Shown here: positions 27,061 through 38,733 of the stretch, in pieces
How positions within the stretch are numbered: position 1 is the first letter of the stretch
Layout of the letters: each line of letters opens with the position of its first letter
Origin: Octopus bimaculoides
Taxonomy: Eukaryota
DNA length: 64,000 nt
Direction of reading: 5' to 3'
Assembly (NCBI RefSeq): GCF_001194135.2
Contig: NC_068981.1
Location: 55,611,471-55,675,470, forward strand
The notes under the pieces: model-generated
Database searches by the model: none
What the model was told of the DNA's origin: nothing
Seen by the model: only the letters and a program-made list of their open reading frames with translations
Position numbers and translations under genes: made by a program

Positions 27061-28054
27061 GTCTTGGAAGCATTAAATGTAACAAGCCATTTGTATCTTC
27101 ATTCTATGATCTCAGTCAGGTCACTAACTATAAACTAAGCAAGGCACTGCTGGATGGTGAAAAGATATAAACTATACATTGTTCAGTAGGCCAGTAAACT
27201 CTCTGTATAGCTGCATAATAATTATTGTTGAATCACTCAAAATTAAAAATTGTTTTTATCCCACTAAGACCCAAATGAGCAAACCTATGATCAAATGCAT
27301 TATAGTCATGACCATCTCATTTTTTACCCATCATCCAGTGAGTGTGTCCTTTTCTAAAACAGTAGAGATAGTTTGAAGAAAGTTTAGCTGTTGTTACTAG
27401 CAGTTTATCTGACCTCTTAGTGGCTCGAATGTTGGTAGGCTATCTATTTTATGATAGACTCTTTTCATTGTGGAGTTTAACAAGGAATAAACTGTTACAC
27501 ATGAGCTATAGTTCGGATTTGGATCAAATTGTAAAACTGACATAAATGTTTTATTGCCAAACAGAATGTACAAACCTTTTATCCTATTAAATAGTGTTGC
27601 ATTATCTCAGTCAATGGTGTTTCTCATATAAATTGATTTATAGCTTTAACACAAGACCAAAAATTTTAAGAGAATACATGGGCAATGTAATTGATTCTGG
27701 TGCTTGACTGCAACATATTTTATTGACACCAGAAGGGTAAAAGGCCAGGTTGTCCTTAGAATTTGAAATATATATCTCAGTACTGTTTCTATATCTACTG
27801 CTCTTTTGGTGGCTTCTATGGTTGCTCATGTAGGCTGTCTGCTTAATCTATTTATTGTAATTGTCTTGTTTTTGTTAGACCTTATTAATCAGTACATTTT
27901 AAAAATTTAATTAGATATATTGCTTTCAGTATTATTTTCTCCATCTAAGCTATTTCAGTTATTTGTGAATTAAAAAAAAATCAATCAGTGAAAATGCTTG
28001 CCAGAGCTCTTACTGTTTATGTTGGAACTAAAACTAGATCTTCTGATATTGTAG

Positions 28055-28150
28055 AACAAATTAGAATTTACCTACTTTGGAATATTTGATGGACATGGTG
28101 GATATGGAACTGCTGTCATGGCATCCCAAAATCTCCATATATATCTCATG
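28055..28150 (+). CDS. PPM1H: PPM1H-like exon 3
   Basis: tag|NKLEFTYFGIFDGHGGYGTAVMASQNLHIYLM|gtaagt; catalytic DGH motif. Confidence 0.92.
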
Positions 28151-28284
28151 GTAAGTATATTGTCAAACTTTGAAATTCAATATGCTTAATTCAGGTTATA
28201 TTAATTTTAACAAATTATATAATGTAAAATTATTAACAATGTTGCTGCCATTGTTAATGAATTTCTTTCTTTATTTTTTGCCAG

Positions 28285-28404
28285 AAACATTTAACTAAGT
28301 TACTTGATTTAGGCATGCTGTCAAAGAAAGTCCACTCTTCGTATCATAACATCACAATTAATGATCTTATAATTGGTGCCCTTGAGACTACCTTCTTTGA
28401 AATG
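28285..28404 (+). CDS. PPM1H: PPM1H-like exon 4
   Basis: ccag|KHLTKLL...DLIIGALETTFFEM|gtaagc; matches LVIGALESAFKEM. Confidence 0.88.
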
Positions 28405-28477
28405 GTAAGCATTGTTTTGAAGTTTATTGACCCATTAGCTTATTCATAATTTATGAATTATTAAGAAAACTTTATAT

Positions 28478-29061
28478 NNNNNNNNNNNNNNNNNNNNNNN
28501 NNNNNNNNNNNNNNNNNNNNNNNNNNNNNNNNNNNNNNNNNNNNNNNNNNNNNNNNNNNNNNNNNNNNNNNNNNNNNNNNNNNNNNNNNNNNNNNNNNNN
28601 NNNNNNNNNNNNNNNNNNNNNNNNNNNNNNNNNNNNNNNNNNNNNNNNNNNNNNNNNNNNNNNNNNNNNNNNNNNNNNNNNNNNNNNNNNNNNNNNNNNN
28701 NNNNNNNNNNNNNNNNNNNNNNNNNNNNNNNNNNNNNNNNNNNNNNNNNNNNNNNNNNNNNNNNNNNNNNNNNNNNNNNNNNNNNNNNNNNNNNNNNNNN
28801 NNNNNNNNNNNNNNNNNNNNNNNNNNNNNNNNNNNNNNNNNNNNNNNNNNNNNNNNNNNNNNNNNNNNNNNNNNNNNNNNNNNNNNNNNNNNNNNNNNNN
28901 NNNNNNNNNNNNNNNNNNNNNNNNNNNNNNNNNNNNNNNNNNNNNNNNNNNNNNNNNNNNNNNNNNNNNNNNNNNNNNNNNNNNNNNNNNNNNNNNNNNN
29001 NNNNNNNNNNNNNNNNNNNNNNNNNNNNNNNNNNNNNNNNNNNNNNNNNNNNNNNNNNNNN
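28478..29061. other. Assembly gap (584 N)
   Basis: Run of N. Confidence 1.
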
Positions 29062-30145
29062 GTGAAGCTTTTTGTCGTTGTTACGTCAATACCGGAGCAC
29101 GCGCGCGCGCATACACACATGTGTCTTTGTAAATATTTTTGTATACATTTATGTATGTGTGTGTTTGTAAGAGACAGAGTGTGAGTGAGAGAGAGAGGTT
29201 TGTTGTCATGTATATGTACATGCTTAAATATACATACATCTTTGGATGTATGCATATGACAACACAGCCCTTGACTCACTCACACTCTGTGTCTTACAAA
29301 CACGCACGCGCGCTCATACACACATGTGTCTTTGTAAATATGTTTGTATACATTTATGTATGTGTGTTTGTAAGAGACAGAGTGTGAGTGAGTCAAGGGG
29401 TGTGTGTGTGCGTGTGTATGTGTGTGAGAGAGCGGTGTTTATGTAGTATTTACTCTCTCTCTCTCTATCATACACACGAACACACACAGTCACACACAAA
29501 ATAGAGAGTGAAGCTTTTTGCCGTTGTTACGTCAATACCGGAAGTTGACATTGAGGAACCTTTTTAAAGAAGTGAATCTTAAATATAAAGCAATATTATT
29601 TATTTTTAATTAAAAAAATCAAATGAAGAGCCTAACATTTATCCGAGGTCAAATTATTCATGCATTACAAGTATGGAAGCATTTGGTGAAGTCGATTTCA
29701 CGTGAAAAGCGATTACACACACATCTCTGTTTTATATATAGTATAGATATATATATATATATAATCATCATCATCATCATCATCATAATACGTCCGCTTT
29801 CCATGCTGGTATAGGTTGGATGGTTTGACTACATTGTTTCTGTTCATTCAAGGTAACATAACCAAAAGGGGAAATAGAACAAGGAGCAGGGTATGAAGGT
29901 GGAGGAGAAAAAAAAATGGAGTGGGAGTGGGAGTGTGGTAGAAGAGTGACTGATGATTGTAGATTACAATTTGAGGGCTTCTGTCCATATACCACTTCGA
30001 AACATGAAAAGTTGGCTCAATATTGGCTTACTGAACAAGAAGCATGTTATTGTTTGTATTGTTCTTCGAGAATTATGTCTAATTTCATTATGTCTATTGT
30101 TTAGTTTGGGACCATTAAAAAAAAACATCTTTTTGTTTTTCCTAG

Positions 30146-30258
30146 GATGACTTAATATACCAAGAAAGACATTTGTGTCCTAATGCTGGTGGCTGCACTG
30201 CACTGGTGTCTGTGTTATTAGATGATAAGCTTTATGTAGCCCAAGCAGGAGATAGCAG
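30146..30258 (+). CDS. PPM1H: PPM1H-like exon 5
   Basis: cctag|DDLIYQERHLCPNAGGCTALVSVLLDDKLYVAQAGDS(R)|gtaatt. Confidence 0.93.
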
Positions 30259-30525
30259 GTAATTGGTTTTTGTAGTATATTACAGCACAAGAAGCAGGCG
30301 TGCATGAGTGAGTGAGTGAGTGAGTGATCATAAACTTAGAGTGGTTATACTTTAATTCTTCAATTAATCTTTTAATATATTTTAATATATAATATGATTG
30401 AGCCAAATAGCACCCATGTGAAAATTGCTTACTCACTTTTTGAAATATTTCTTGTCATTCTGTACTTGCAACATACTTTAATCTTGAAATAGCAGCATTT
30501 GCCCTTCTTGGTTTTCTCTTTAAAG

Positions 30526-30610
30526 GGCAGTTATAATTAGAAAGAATGACATTGTGTGTATGTCACAGGAGTTTACTCCAGATACTGAGAGACAAAGGAT
30601 TCAGCAACTG
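30526..30610 (+). CDS. PPM1H: PPM1H-like exon 6
   Basis: taaag|(R)AVIIRKNDIVCMSQEFTPDTERQRIQQL|gtatgg. Confidence 0.93.
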
Positions 30611-31347
30611 GTATGGAACTACACTTTTTATTTTTATCTTTGATGTTATTGTTTTTTAATTTACTTTTTTATTTGTTTTGTACATAAATCTTGGTTGTTG
30701 TAAAAGCAATCACACTGGACTGACTCTGTTTGGTATATGTAGATATGGGAAGAAGCTATATGTGTACAATAATTATTTATTGTCAAACCTAACACTTTAT
30801 GAAAAATTTTATTTTATGGAGAAATAATACTTAATTGATTCTAGTTGATCCTGCAACTTAAATTATCTAAATGACTGGACATCTTGATATTGTTATTGTA
30901 TGGTAGGATATTATTATGTAAGATATTTTTATTTAAATACAAAGAAAAAATTATTTATGAAATGGAAAGTCGCAACAGTATTCTTTACTTAGATATTATA
31001 GGTTCACTATATTGATTTCATTTAGCTGAAAATTGGGATGATTTTTTGATAGAGAAATAATCAGTTTGAAAATCAAGAACAGGAAAATATTTGTAGCTTA
31101 GTTATTGAGCTTAGGAAAGCATGCAAACTAAATTTGGTCTCTGGCAGGACTTGAAACTAAAACATAAAGGTTACAAACTACATTTAATGAAGTCTAGACA
31201 GTCTACCAAATACAACACATCACTTGATGTTGATTAATAATATAAATGTTTCCCAATTTTAAACTAGTTTTCTTCAGTTAAATTTTCAAGTATTTATAAA
31301 ATTCAATAGAATGGTATTTTTAAGATCTAATCATATTTGTTTTCCAG

Positions 31348-31466
31348 GCTTTAGATAACCCCAGTTTACTTCAAAAAGAATTCTCACCATCACAGTTTTC
31401 TAGAAATATATGGAAAAAGGATCTAGGAAAACAAGTATTACGCCGAACAGGTTATATGAAAGGATG
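31348..31466 (+). CDS. PPM1H: PPM1H-like exon 7 (flap region)
   Basis: ccag|ALDNPSLLQKEFSPSQFSRNIWKKDLGKQVLRRTGYMKG(W)|gtgagt. Confidence 0.9.
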
Positions 31467-31544
31467 GTGAGTAGATTTTCATTTATTTAGTTATATTTGT
31501 ATGTAAATAACACAGTGGCAGATACTGGTTATGAGATTAACATG

Positions 31545-32000
31545 AATAACTTCTGATCACATGCTCATAAAGTGAAATGTTAGTGTTTATGCTGGGCAAG
31601 AGAACTCTCCCTCCTTTAGCTTGACTTGCTCACAAACAAGTTTCTACATCATGATATCCTATTGTAAGAACAATTACTTCAACAATATGTAAATTTGCCA
31701 CATTAAAAAGAAATACCACCTACAGTAGCATAGAGCTACTTGTTTTTTGCTTTTGAATAGAGAAAGAAGGACTGTGCTCATGATCTTTGCAGGGATGTCA
31801 AGACCAGTGGGAGAAAAAGAAAAGAGAAACCACAGCTCCTCTGATACAGTCCATGCAATGGGCTTCTTTTCAGTTTCCACCTTGTCAAATTCATTCACTA
31901 CTTTAGTCAACCTGAGATTGTGGTAAAAGACATTTACTCAAAGTACCACACTGGAATTGAATCCAGTACCACATGATTGTGAAGCAAACTTTTTAATTAT
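31545..32000 (-). mobile_element. Degenerate SINE family A
   Basis: Diverged reverse match to family A head and body. Confidence 0.55.
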
Positions 32001-32435
32001 ATATGTGGGCCTGTGTCCATATGTATGGTCATGGTCATTTTGCTTTAATGAATACGAAGTATTACATTGGCCAGTGTAACCTTTTTTTTAATGATAGTTG
32101 AATGAAATTTTGGCTAACTATATTTTGCAGGTTTGCAACTGCATACAAGATCTCCCATTGGTTTAACATGAAAATTATTATATTGCATTACTGTAGCAGT
32201 TGAAACCTAAAGAGCTATGAAATTGTTTCCAAAAAAGAATTGTAAGATGAACAACTAGGGTAAATTACTGAAAACAAGTAAACAGTGCAGAAAAAAGTGC
32301 AACTGTGAATGAGAACAGTATTCTTGATCAAAACTGTAGAAACCAGTTGTACAGGGAAGTTGGCATAAGACTAATCTAAAACATTTTCACCTGAATGATT
32401 CATCACTTATTTAATGAGGTTGTTTTATTTTTTAG

Positions 32436-32499
32436 GAGCCCTAAGGTTATTACATGTGATGATATTAAACCACCATTAATATGTGGAGATGGAAAACAG
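32436..32499 (+). CDS. PPM1H: PPM1H-like exon 8
   Basis: tttag|(W)SPKVITCDDIKPPLICGDGKQ|gtaagt; matches DLKFPLIYGEGKK. Confidence 0.9.
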
Positions 32500-32607
32500 G
32501 TAAGTAGAGAAGAATTTCTTCAGCTCTTAGTGTAAGACATTTCAAAAATGTGCAAGTTTTTTTAGATTTTTGTGCTTCGTATTCTCTAAATTTTCTAGCT
32601 TACTAAA

Positions 32608-33060
32608 ATCATCATCATCATCGTTTAACATCCGTTTTCCATGCTGGCATGGGTTGAATGGTTTGACTGAGGTCTGGAGAGTCAGTGGCTGCACAAGGCT
32701 CTAATCTGATCGGGCAATGTTTCTACAGCAGGATGCCCTTCCTAACGCCAACCACTCCAAGAGTGTAGTGGGTGTTTTTTATGTGCCACCGGCACAGGAG
32801 CCAGTCAGGCGGGCCTGGCAGTGATCACGTTCAGATAGATCTTGTTATGTGCCACTGGCACAGGCACCTGTCAGTGAATACTGACATTGGTCATGTTCTG
32901 ATGGTGCTTTTTACGTGCCACCGACATGAGAGCCAGTCAGTGGGTACTGGCATTGGCCATGTTCAGATGGTGCTTTTTATGTGCCACCAGCAGGGGGCAC
33001 TGGCCACAGCTACAATGTTAGTTTTACTTGACTCAACAGGTCTTCTCAAGCATATATCAC
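32608..33060 (-). mobile_element. RTE-type 3' UTR/tail element with ~60-bp internal tandem units
   Basis: (cat)n end; about four copies of ggtgctttttatgtgccac... Confidence 0.8.
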
Positions 33061-33530
33061 CTGATGCATGAAGGCTACTCTTAACTGGGCCGGACAAAAT
33101 GATGATATTAAATGCTATCAGTTCAAGAAAAGGGCTGCAGGTCCACTGCTGAAACTTGAACTGTGTATCTATCACATGCCTGATTACTGATTATACTTTA
33201 GAGCAGCTGCTATCCCATCTCTTCTAATTTATCTCTGCACTTTTATCTGTATTATTTTATCTCTTGTAAGTCATTAGTTACTTGGCATTAGTGAGTTAGT
33301 CTTATATTAAGGAGATTAAAAAAACTGTAGTTAAAAAAGCAGAAAGAAATTGCAGTACATAACTTAAGGTATAAAGTTCAAGTCATGTCAGTAGCTGTCT
33401 TATATTAATTATGTTAAAATCATAGCAGTTAATTTTTAACAACATAATGTGTTAAAGTGAAATGAATATTAAGATGGTGACCCAGTAAAGGTACTATTAT
33501 ATTTAAAAAGGCCTAGCATCTGTGACCTTT

Positions 33531-34093
33531 TGATTTCATGCTGTGCATGAGAAAACATGCTTTGCAATCTTCAGTTGGAGATAGTAACATTTATTTCCAA
33601 AATATTCACTATGTCAACTCATGTGCATCTCGAACTTTAAACGTCCCACTCCGTTTAAAGAGAAAACTATCGTAAACAATAAAAAAGTAACTATATGAAA
33701 GCATTATTGCTCTTAAAAACAGCAGTAATGAGGTGGTTTTAAAGTGTTCATTGCATTGCTCGTGTGTATTTATCATAGGATTGGTGGTTTTTTTAAGCTT
33801 TCACTTTCATTTTTGACAAGCAGTATTTTTACCCTTCTTTTATTCAAATATTTAATATTATACCTATTAAGGTAGAAGTCTTGCTAACCGCCTCATTTTT
33901 GCTGTTTTTAACAGCAATAATGCTTTCATATAGTTACTTTTTTATTGTTTACGATAGTTTTCTCTTTAAACAGAGCAGGACGTTTAAAGTTCGAAATGCA
34001 CACGAGTTGATGTAGTGGATATTTTGGAAATAGATGTTAATATCTCTAACTGAAGATTGCAAAGCATGTTTTCTCATGCATAGCATGAAATCA
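33531..34093. repeat. 208-bp inverted repeat (33531-33738 / 33886-34093), foldback/MITE-like
   Basis: Arms are reverse complements with roughly 85-90% identity by eye; the spacer is directly repeated at ~34153-34267. Confidence 0.9.
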
Positions 34094-34652
34094 GTTGATA
34101 TTAGGGTATGTTAAACTATCTTCAAATTCCATCCTGAAGGTAGGCTTATTTTTTAAAGTGTTCATTGCATTGCTCGTGTGTGTATTTATCGTAGAATTGG
34201 TGGTTTTTTTGAAGCTTTCGGTTTCATCTTTGGCAAGCGATATTTTTACCCTTCTTTTATTCAAGTATATATAGATATGATATTATACGATATGCATATA
34301 TGTGGTAGATTTTTAATTTGATACTTAATTTGGAGGTTTCATGTTTGATCTTTTTATTTTTGCTCCTGATGGAGCAAGCTGTAATTATCCTGTTTTTTTT
34401 TTTTAATTTTCATTTCAAACATAGTTTATCTAGACCTACAATACAGTGTGTACTTCTTTTTCGAGATGGTAGGATGTCATTTGAGGTAGATTTGGCTGCT
34501 ATTTCTTTTGGCTTGAATAATTGCTTAGATACTGTCTTGCTGTATTATTGCCTTGTAGTTCAAGATGAAGAGACACTGGCATGTATAATGCTACTCAATT
34601 CTTAGATATTGGCAGAGGCTGCACATGCATGCTATCTCCACTGTTACTGATA

Positions 34653-34813
34653 TCATCATCATCATCATCATCATCGTTTAACGTCCGCTTTCCATGCTAG
34701 CATGGGTTGGACGATTTGACTGAGGACTGGTGAAACCGGATGGCAACACCAGGCTCCAGTCTGATTTGGCAGAGTTTCTACAGCTGGATGCCCTTCCTAA
34801 CGCCAACCACTCA
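34653..34813 (-). mobile_element. RTE-type 3' tail element (young)
   Basis: Nearly identical to 53220-53372. Confidence 0.85.
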
Positions 34814-35404
34814 AAATTGCAGTAATTCTCTTTATATTAATGCTTCAGATCCACCATTAACCCTGAGAGTCTAGTAAATCATGAATTTCCTAGTTACTTT
34901 AGGAGTAAATCTGAGGACCCAGTATTCATCTAGATGTTCTTTGTTTTTTCTTTACATTTGTCACTGAAGTCAAGTAGGTCCTCTGGTACAGCAGTTGCCA
35001 AAATTGTAAGATACAAACATTTTCAGAAAAATCAAAAATTTAGATTTCAAAGGATCGCTTAAACAACTTTCTGAATCAGAAACTGAAATGCATAAATACT
35101 TTTAAACAAATTTCTTTTCTATCAACACTTTTTTATGTCTGCCCCCACCATACACTCACATCATGACTCTTGCACTGTTCACTTTCTTGACTTTTGTACA
35201 TAATTCTATGTACTATACATGCACCTTTGATGTGTTGTAGTGCACCTGAGCACTATACACGATAATTTCATTATTATTATTATTATATAAAATTCACAAT
35301 AGAGAAAATTTGCTGTGTCAACATAGCTATATTGAAACATTCTTCATTCAGCATATTTTAAAATTTCTATGATTATTTTATTGGCAGTTTAAGTTCTCAA
35401 GTCA

Positions 35405-35545
35405 AATCTTATCCAGGCCAGCTTTGCCTTTCATCCTCTGGGCTTGATAAAATAAGCATTTAGGTTGATTAAATCAACTACATCTGACCCACAAAATTTG
35501 TACCTTGTGCCAGTTTTGAATATCATTATTTTATCATCATTATTT
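35405..35545 (+). mobile_element. SINE family B 3' part abutting the exon 9 acceptor
   Basis: ctttgcctttcatcct..gggcttgataaaataag...ccttgtgccagttttgaatatcattatt. Confidence 0.7.
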
Positions 35546-35548
35546 CAG

Positions 35549-35656
35549 GCTTGTTTAATGGGAACAATACGAGTAAGCCGGGGATTTGGTGATCATGATC
35601 TTTATGTAATGTCTTCAAATATACATCTGAAGCCTTTTCTATCTTGTGTGCCTGAG
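35549..35656 (+). CDS. PPM1H: PPM1H-like exon 9
   Basis: ttcag|ACLMGTIRVSRGFGDHDLYVMSSNIHLKPFLSCVPE|gtaagt. Confidence 0.93.
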
Positions 35657-35799
35657 GTAAGTAGTCATCTATTCAGATGTTTACTCAATGTGGTTTTTTT
35701 CCTGTGAAGTTAAGAAAATAGAATATAAATATTTTACTTTATGCTAAAGTAATGGAAGCTCTCAAGATATCTGTTTATGGAATCAATGCAGGTTTGGTA

Positions 35800-36330
35800 T
35801 CTGGTATCTAGGCTGTGTGTGGATCATGTTTGGTGGCGACAGATAAGGAAGAATGAAGGGTCATATCACCTGCATAAGAGTAGGCAGTGTTAGATGTAAC
35901 AGCAAGTATGCCATTGATGTATAGAAGGAAAAGAGTTGGGGACAAAACTAAATCAGGAGAACACCAGAGTTGATTGAGAGTCGGGAAAAAAGAGCTCTGT
36001 CAATACATAATGCAGATAGGAAATATGGGTGGAACCCGTATGCAGGAAGATTTGCTTGCAAGACAGTCAAAGGCTTTGTTAATGTCTAGGGCAACAACAT
36101 TGTTTTTTCTGAACTTCTCAAAAGTTAGAGCCCTGCTGGTGAGTGAAGAAGATGGAGGAAGGTTGAAGGTGTTGAAGAACATGATTGTTAGAAGTGAGAT
36201 CCCTTGTTATACAACCCTGTAGATTGTAGTTTCATTTATTCTGAGAGGCAACTATTGAAACTAGTAGGATCTAAATCCTCTTTTATTCACATCCACAAGA
36301 GGAGCTAAGCTTATTGAAAAACCAATAACA
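35800..36330 (-). mobile_element. CR1/Jockey-like LINE RT fragment
   Basis: VVALDINKAFD motif in ORF 36000-36182; similar to 15039-15305. Confidence 0.75.
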
Positions 36331-36740
36331 CACATCAACAGCTTTATAATGTTGTTGCTGCTTACAATGAGGAACCATTCCATCATGTGATACTTAAGTA
36401 CTGATAGTCAGACTGGATACACTTGGTGCTGGCTCTAAACATAATACAAGAGATGCAAACCACTGACTTCTCAACTACATGTCAAAAATTTTTACATAAA
36501 ACTTCTAATTTATCGGAGAGGAAAATAGAGATTTGTGTTGTTAGTTTTCTCAAAGGGTTGTAAATCAAGTGTTTCTAAATTAGGAATTAGAACTTAATTA
36601 AGGAACAAGTTACTACCACATCATGATGCTGGACACATATTTACAATTACAGCACCAACCATTTCACGATTTGTATTTTTATTAAGTAATTCAATTAGCA
36701 AAAGTTGTAAGGATTATGTTTTGTAGCACTGTCCACTATA

Positions 36741-37776
36741 GGGGGTTCCTATAAGGTTGTTATCCACCCCTGATTGGAACTCTCCCGTATGACATGTACG
36801 CATGCTCAGTGACTTGCTTTAACTTCTGCAGATATGTTTCTTTATATATTTATTAATAAGGGTAGAAATTGATATTAATCAATTAGAACCAGTGGTCTAG
36901 CATATTAAAAAAATCTGAAGATTAAAATTATATTACATACAAAAATAAGAGGAATGACCAGCAAAAGTGGACTCCTATATGCTAGAAATAGATGCCGATT
37001 CGGCATCTATTTCTAGCATATAGGAGTCCACTTTTGCTGGTCATTCCTCCTATTTTTGAATATATATATAGGAGTCCACTTTTGCTGGTCATTCCTCTTA
37101 TTTTTGTANNNNNNNNNNNNNNNNNNNNNNNNNNNNNNNNNNNNNNNNNNNNNNNNNNNNNNNNNNNNNNNNNNNNNNNNNNNNNNNNNNNNNNNNNNNN
37201 NNNNNNNNNNNNNNNNNNNNNNNNNNNNNNNNNNNNNNNNNNNNNNNNNNNNNNNNNNNNNNNNNNNNNNNNNNNNNNNNNNNNNNNNNNNNNNNNNNNN
37301 NNNNNNNNNNNNNNNNNNNNNNNNNNNNNNNNNNNNNNNNNNNNNNNNNNNNNNNNNNNNNNNNNNNNNNNNNNNNNNNNNNNNNNNNNNNNNNNNNNNN
37401 NNNNNNNNTGGAATCAGGCAATACTTCACTGCGAGGAGATATAAGCTTCTGCTTATTCCTGTCTGAAGTATCGTCCGATACTTCAGACTTATCGTCCGAT
37501 GAATTTACTTTGTTAACATTCTTCATCGACAGAATTTTTATACCTTTCAACCTTTCAGTCAAGTCCACCTTTCTTCCAGTAACATACTGTCCATATAATC
37601 TTAAATATTTCTTTAACTCAGGCACAGTAAGTACTTCGATAGCTGAATTATCGAGCTGCTTTATATTCATGATAAGACGTAAAACAATAACAATGGCGTG
37701 GATAGTCTGCGGAAGTTTAATTGTCTACATGGAGCGCCGCCTAGCCAAGGGAGATAACCTACTTATAGGAAAGCCC
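36741..37776 (-). mobile_element. TIR-bounded DNA-transposon-like insert carrying a SAP-domain ORF (gap inside)
   Basis: 24-bp imperfect TIRs (19/24 identical), TATA on both outer sides; ORF from 37670 with LTVPELKKYLRLYGQYVTGRKVDLTERL (SAP pattern). Confidence 0.65.
37109..37408. other. Assembly gap (300 N)
   Basis: Run of N. Confidence 1.
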
Positions 37777-37865
37777 TATAGCTGCTTATGCCATAAAAAG
37801 TATTTTAGTTACAGAAAGATACACGTGTTTTAAGATACTTTACATTTTTTTTTTGTTTCCCTTAG

Positions 37866-38014
37866 GTGCGAGTATATGATTTAAATGATTCTGAAATGTC
37901 TGATAATGACATTCTTTTAATGGGCTCAGATGGATTTTGGGATTTTGTATCTAATGAAGAAGCAGCTGAATATGTACGTAAAAGGATGTTTGAGCTAGAA
38001 CAGACAGATGACAA
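37866..38014 (+). CDS. PPM1H: PPM1H-like exon 10
   Basis: cttag|VRVYDLNDSEMSDNDILLMGSDGFWDFVSNEEAAE...DD(K)|gtaagt; metal-binding DG motif. Confidence 0.93.
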
Positions 38015-38733
38015 GTAAGTGCATATAATTTCATTCAAATCTTCGAAGATCAAAGAATAACACTTGGACTTCGTTTAGGGTTTTATTTTCGTTTTTTCTT
38101 TTGTTTGTTTGTTTGTTTTTTGCAATGGATTTATACTGATGTTTAACTGATTGATTTACTTCAGTTTTAATTTGAAAAATATCACTTCTTATTTGCATCA
38201 TACATAACTTTCAAGATTTCAAATAACAGTATATATTAACCATGATGAGATAATTGGATGTCTGTCAGTACACCATTTTCGTAATAGAGAAAAGGCGATT
38301 TCTCTATTCGCCTTTATATAGCTGGTTTCAGTTATTGAACAGCAGTAATGTTAGTGCAACACCTAGGGTTTTAGTAAATTATATCAATCCTGTTATTCTG
38401 CTGGCACTTATTTAACTAATTTCTTTTTGTCAAATGACAAATGACTTGTTTACTTAAGAAATTACCTCCCTTTAGGAAATAAATCGCAAAAGTAATTTAC
38501 ACCAACACACACGCGCATAAATTCAAATTTCTTCATAGAATTTTAAATAATTTCATCATTATTTTTTGCATCCCATAAAAGGCACCATATTCTTTAGTTA
38601 AGAAGCATCGTTAGTCATTGTTTTCAAAGGACCAGTACAAATAAGTTAGTTATCAATATTAGAAACAACACCTTTTTACCTAGAATATGTAAATTATTTC
38701 GGTCTACATGTGTTATATTTTCTATTTCAACAG

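Noticed and set aside
28461-29279. Long ORFs spanning N-runs (also 36992-37466 and 53293-54121)
   Set aside because: Artefacts of translating gaps.
31348-35600. Idea that A-to-I recoding restores the human residues (N to R, R to G)
   Set aside because: The codons are AAT and CGA; A-to-G edits give D/S/G and R, so they cannot restore Arg or Gly.
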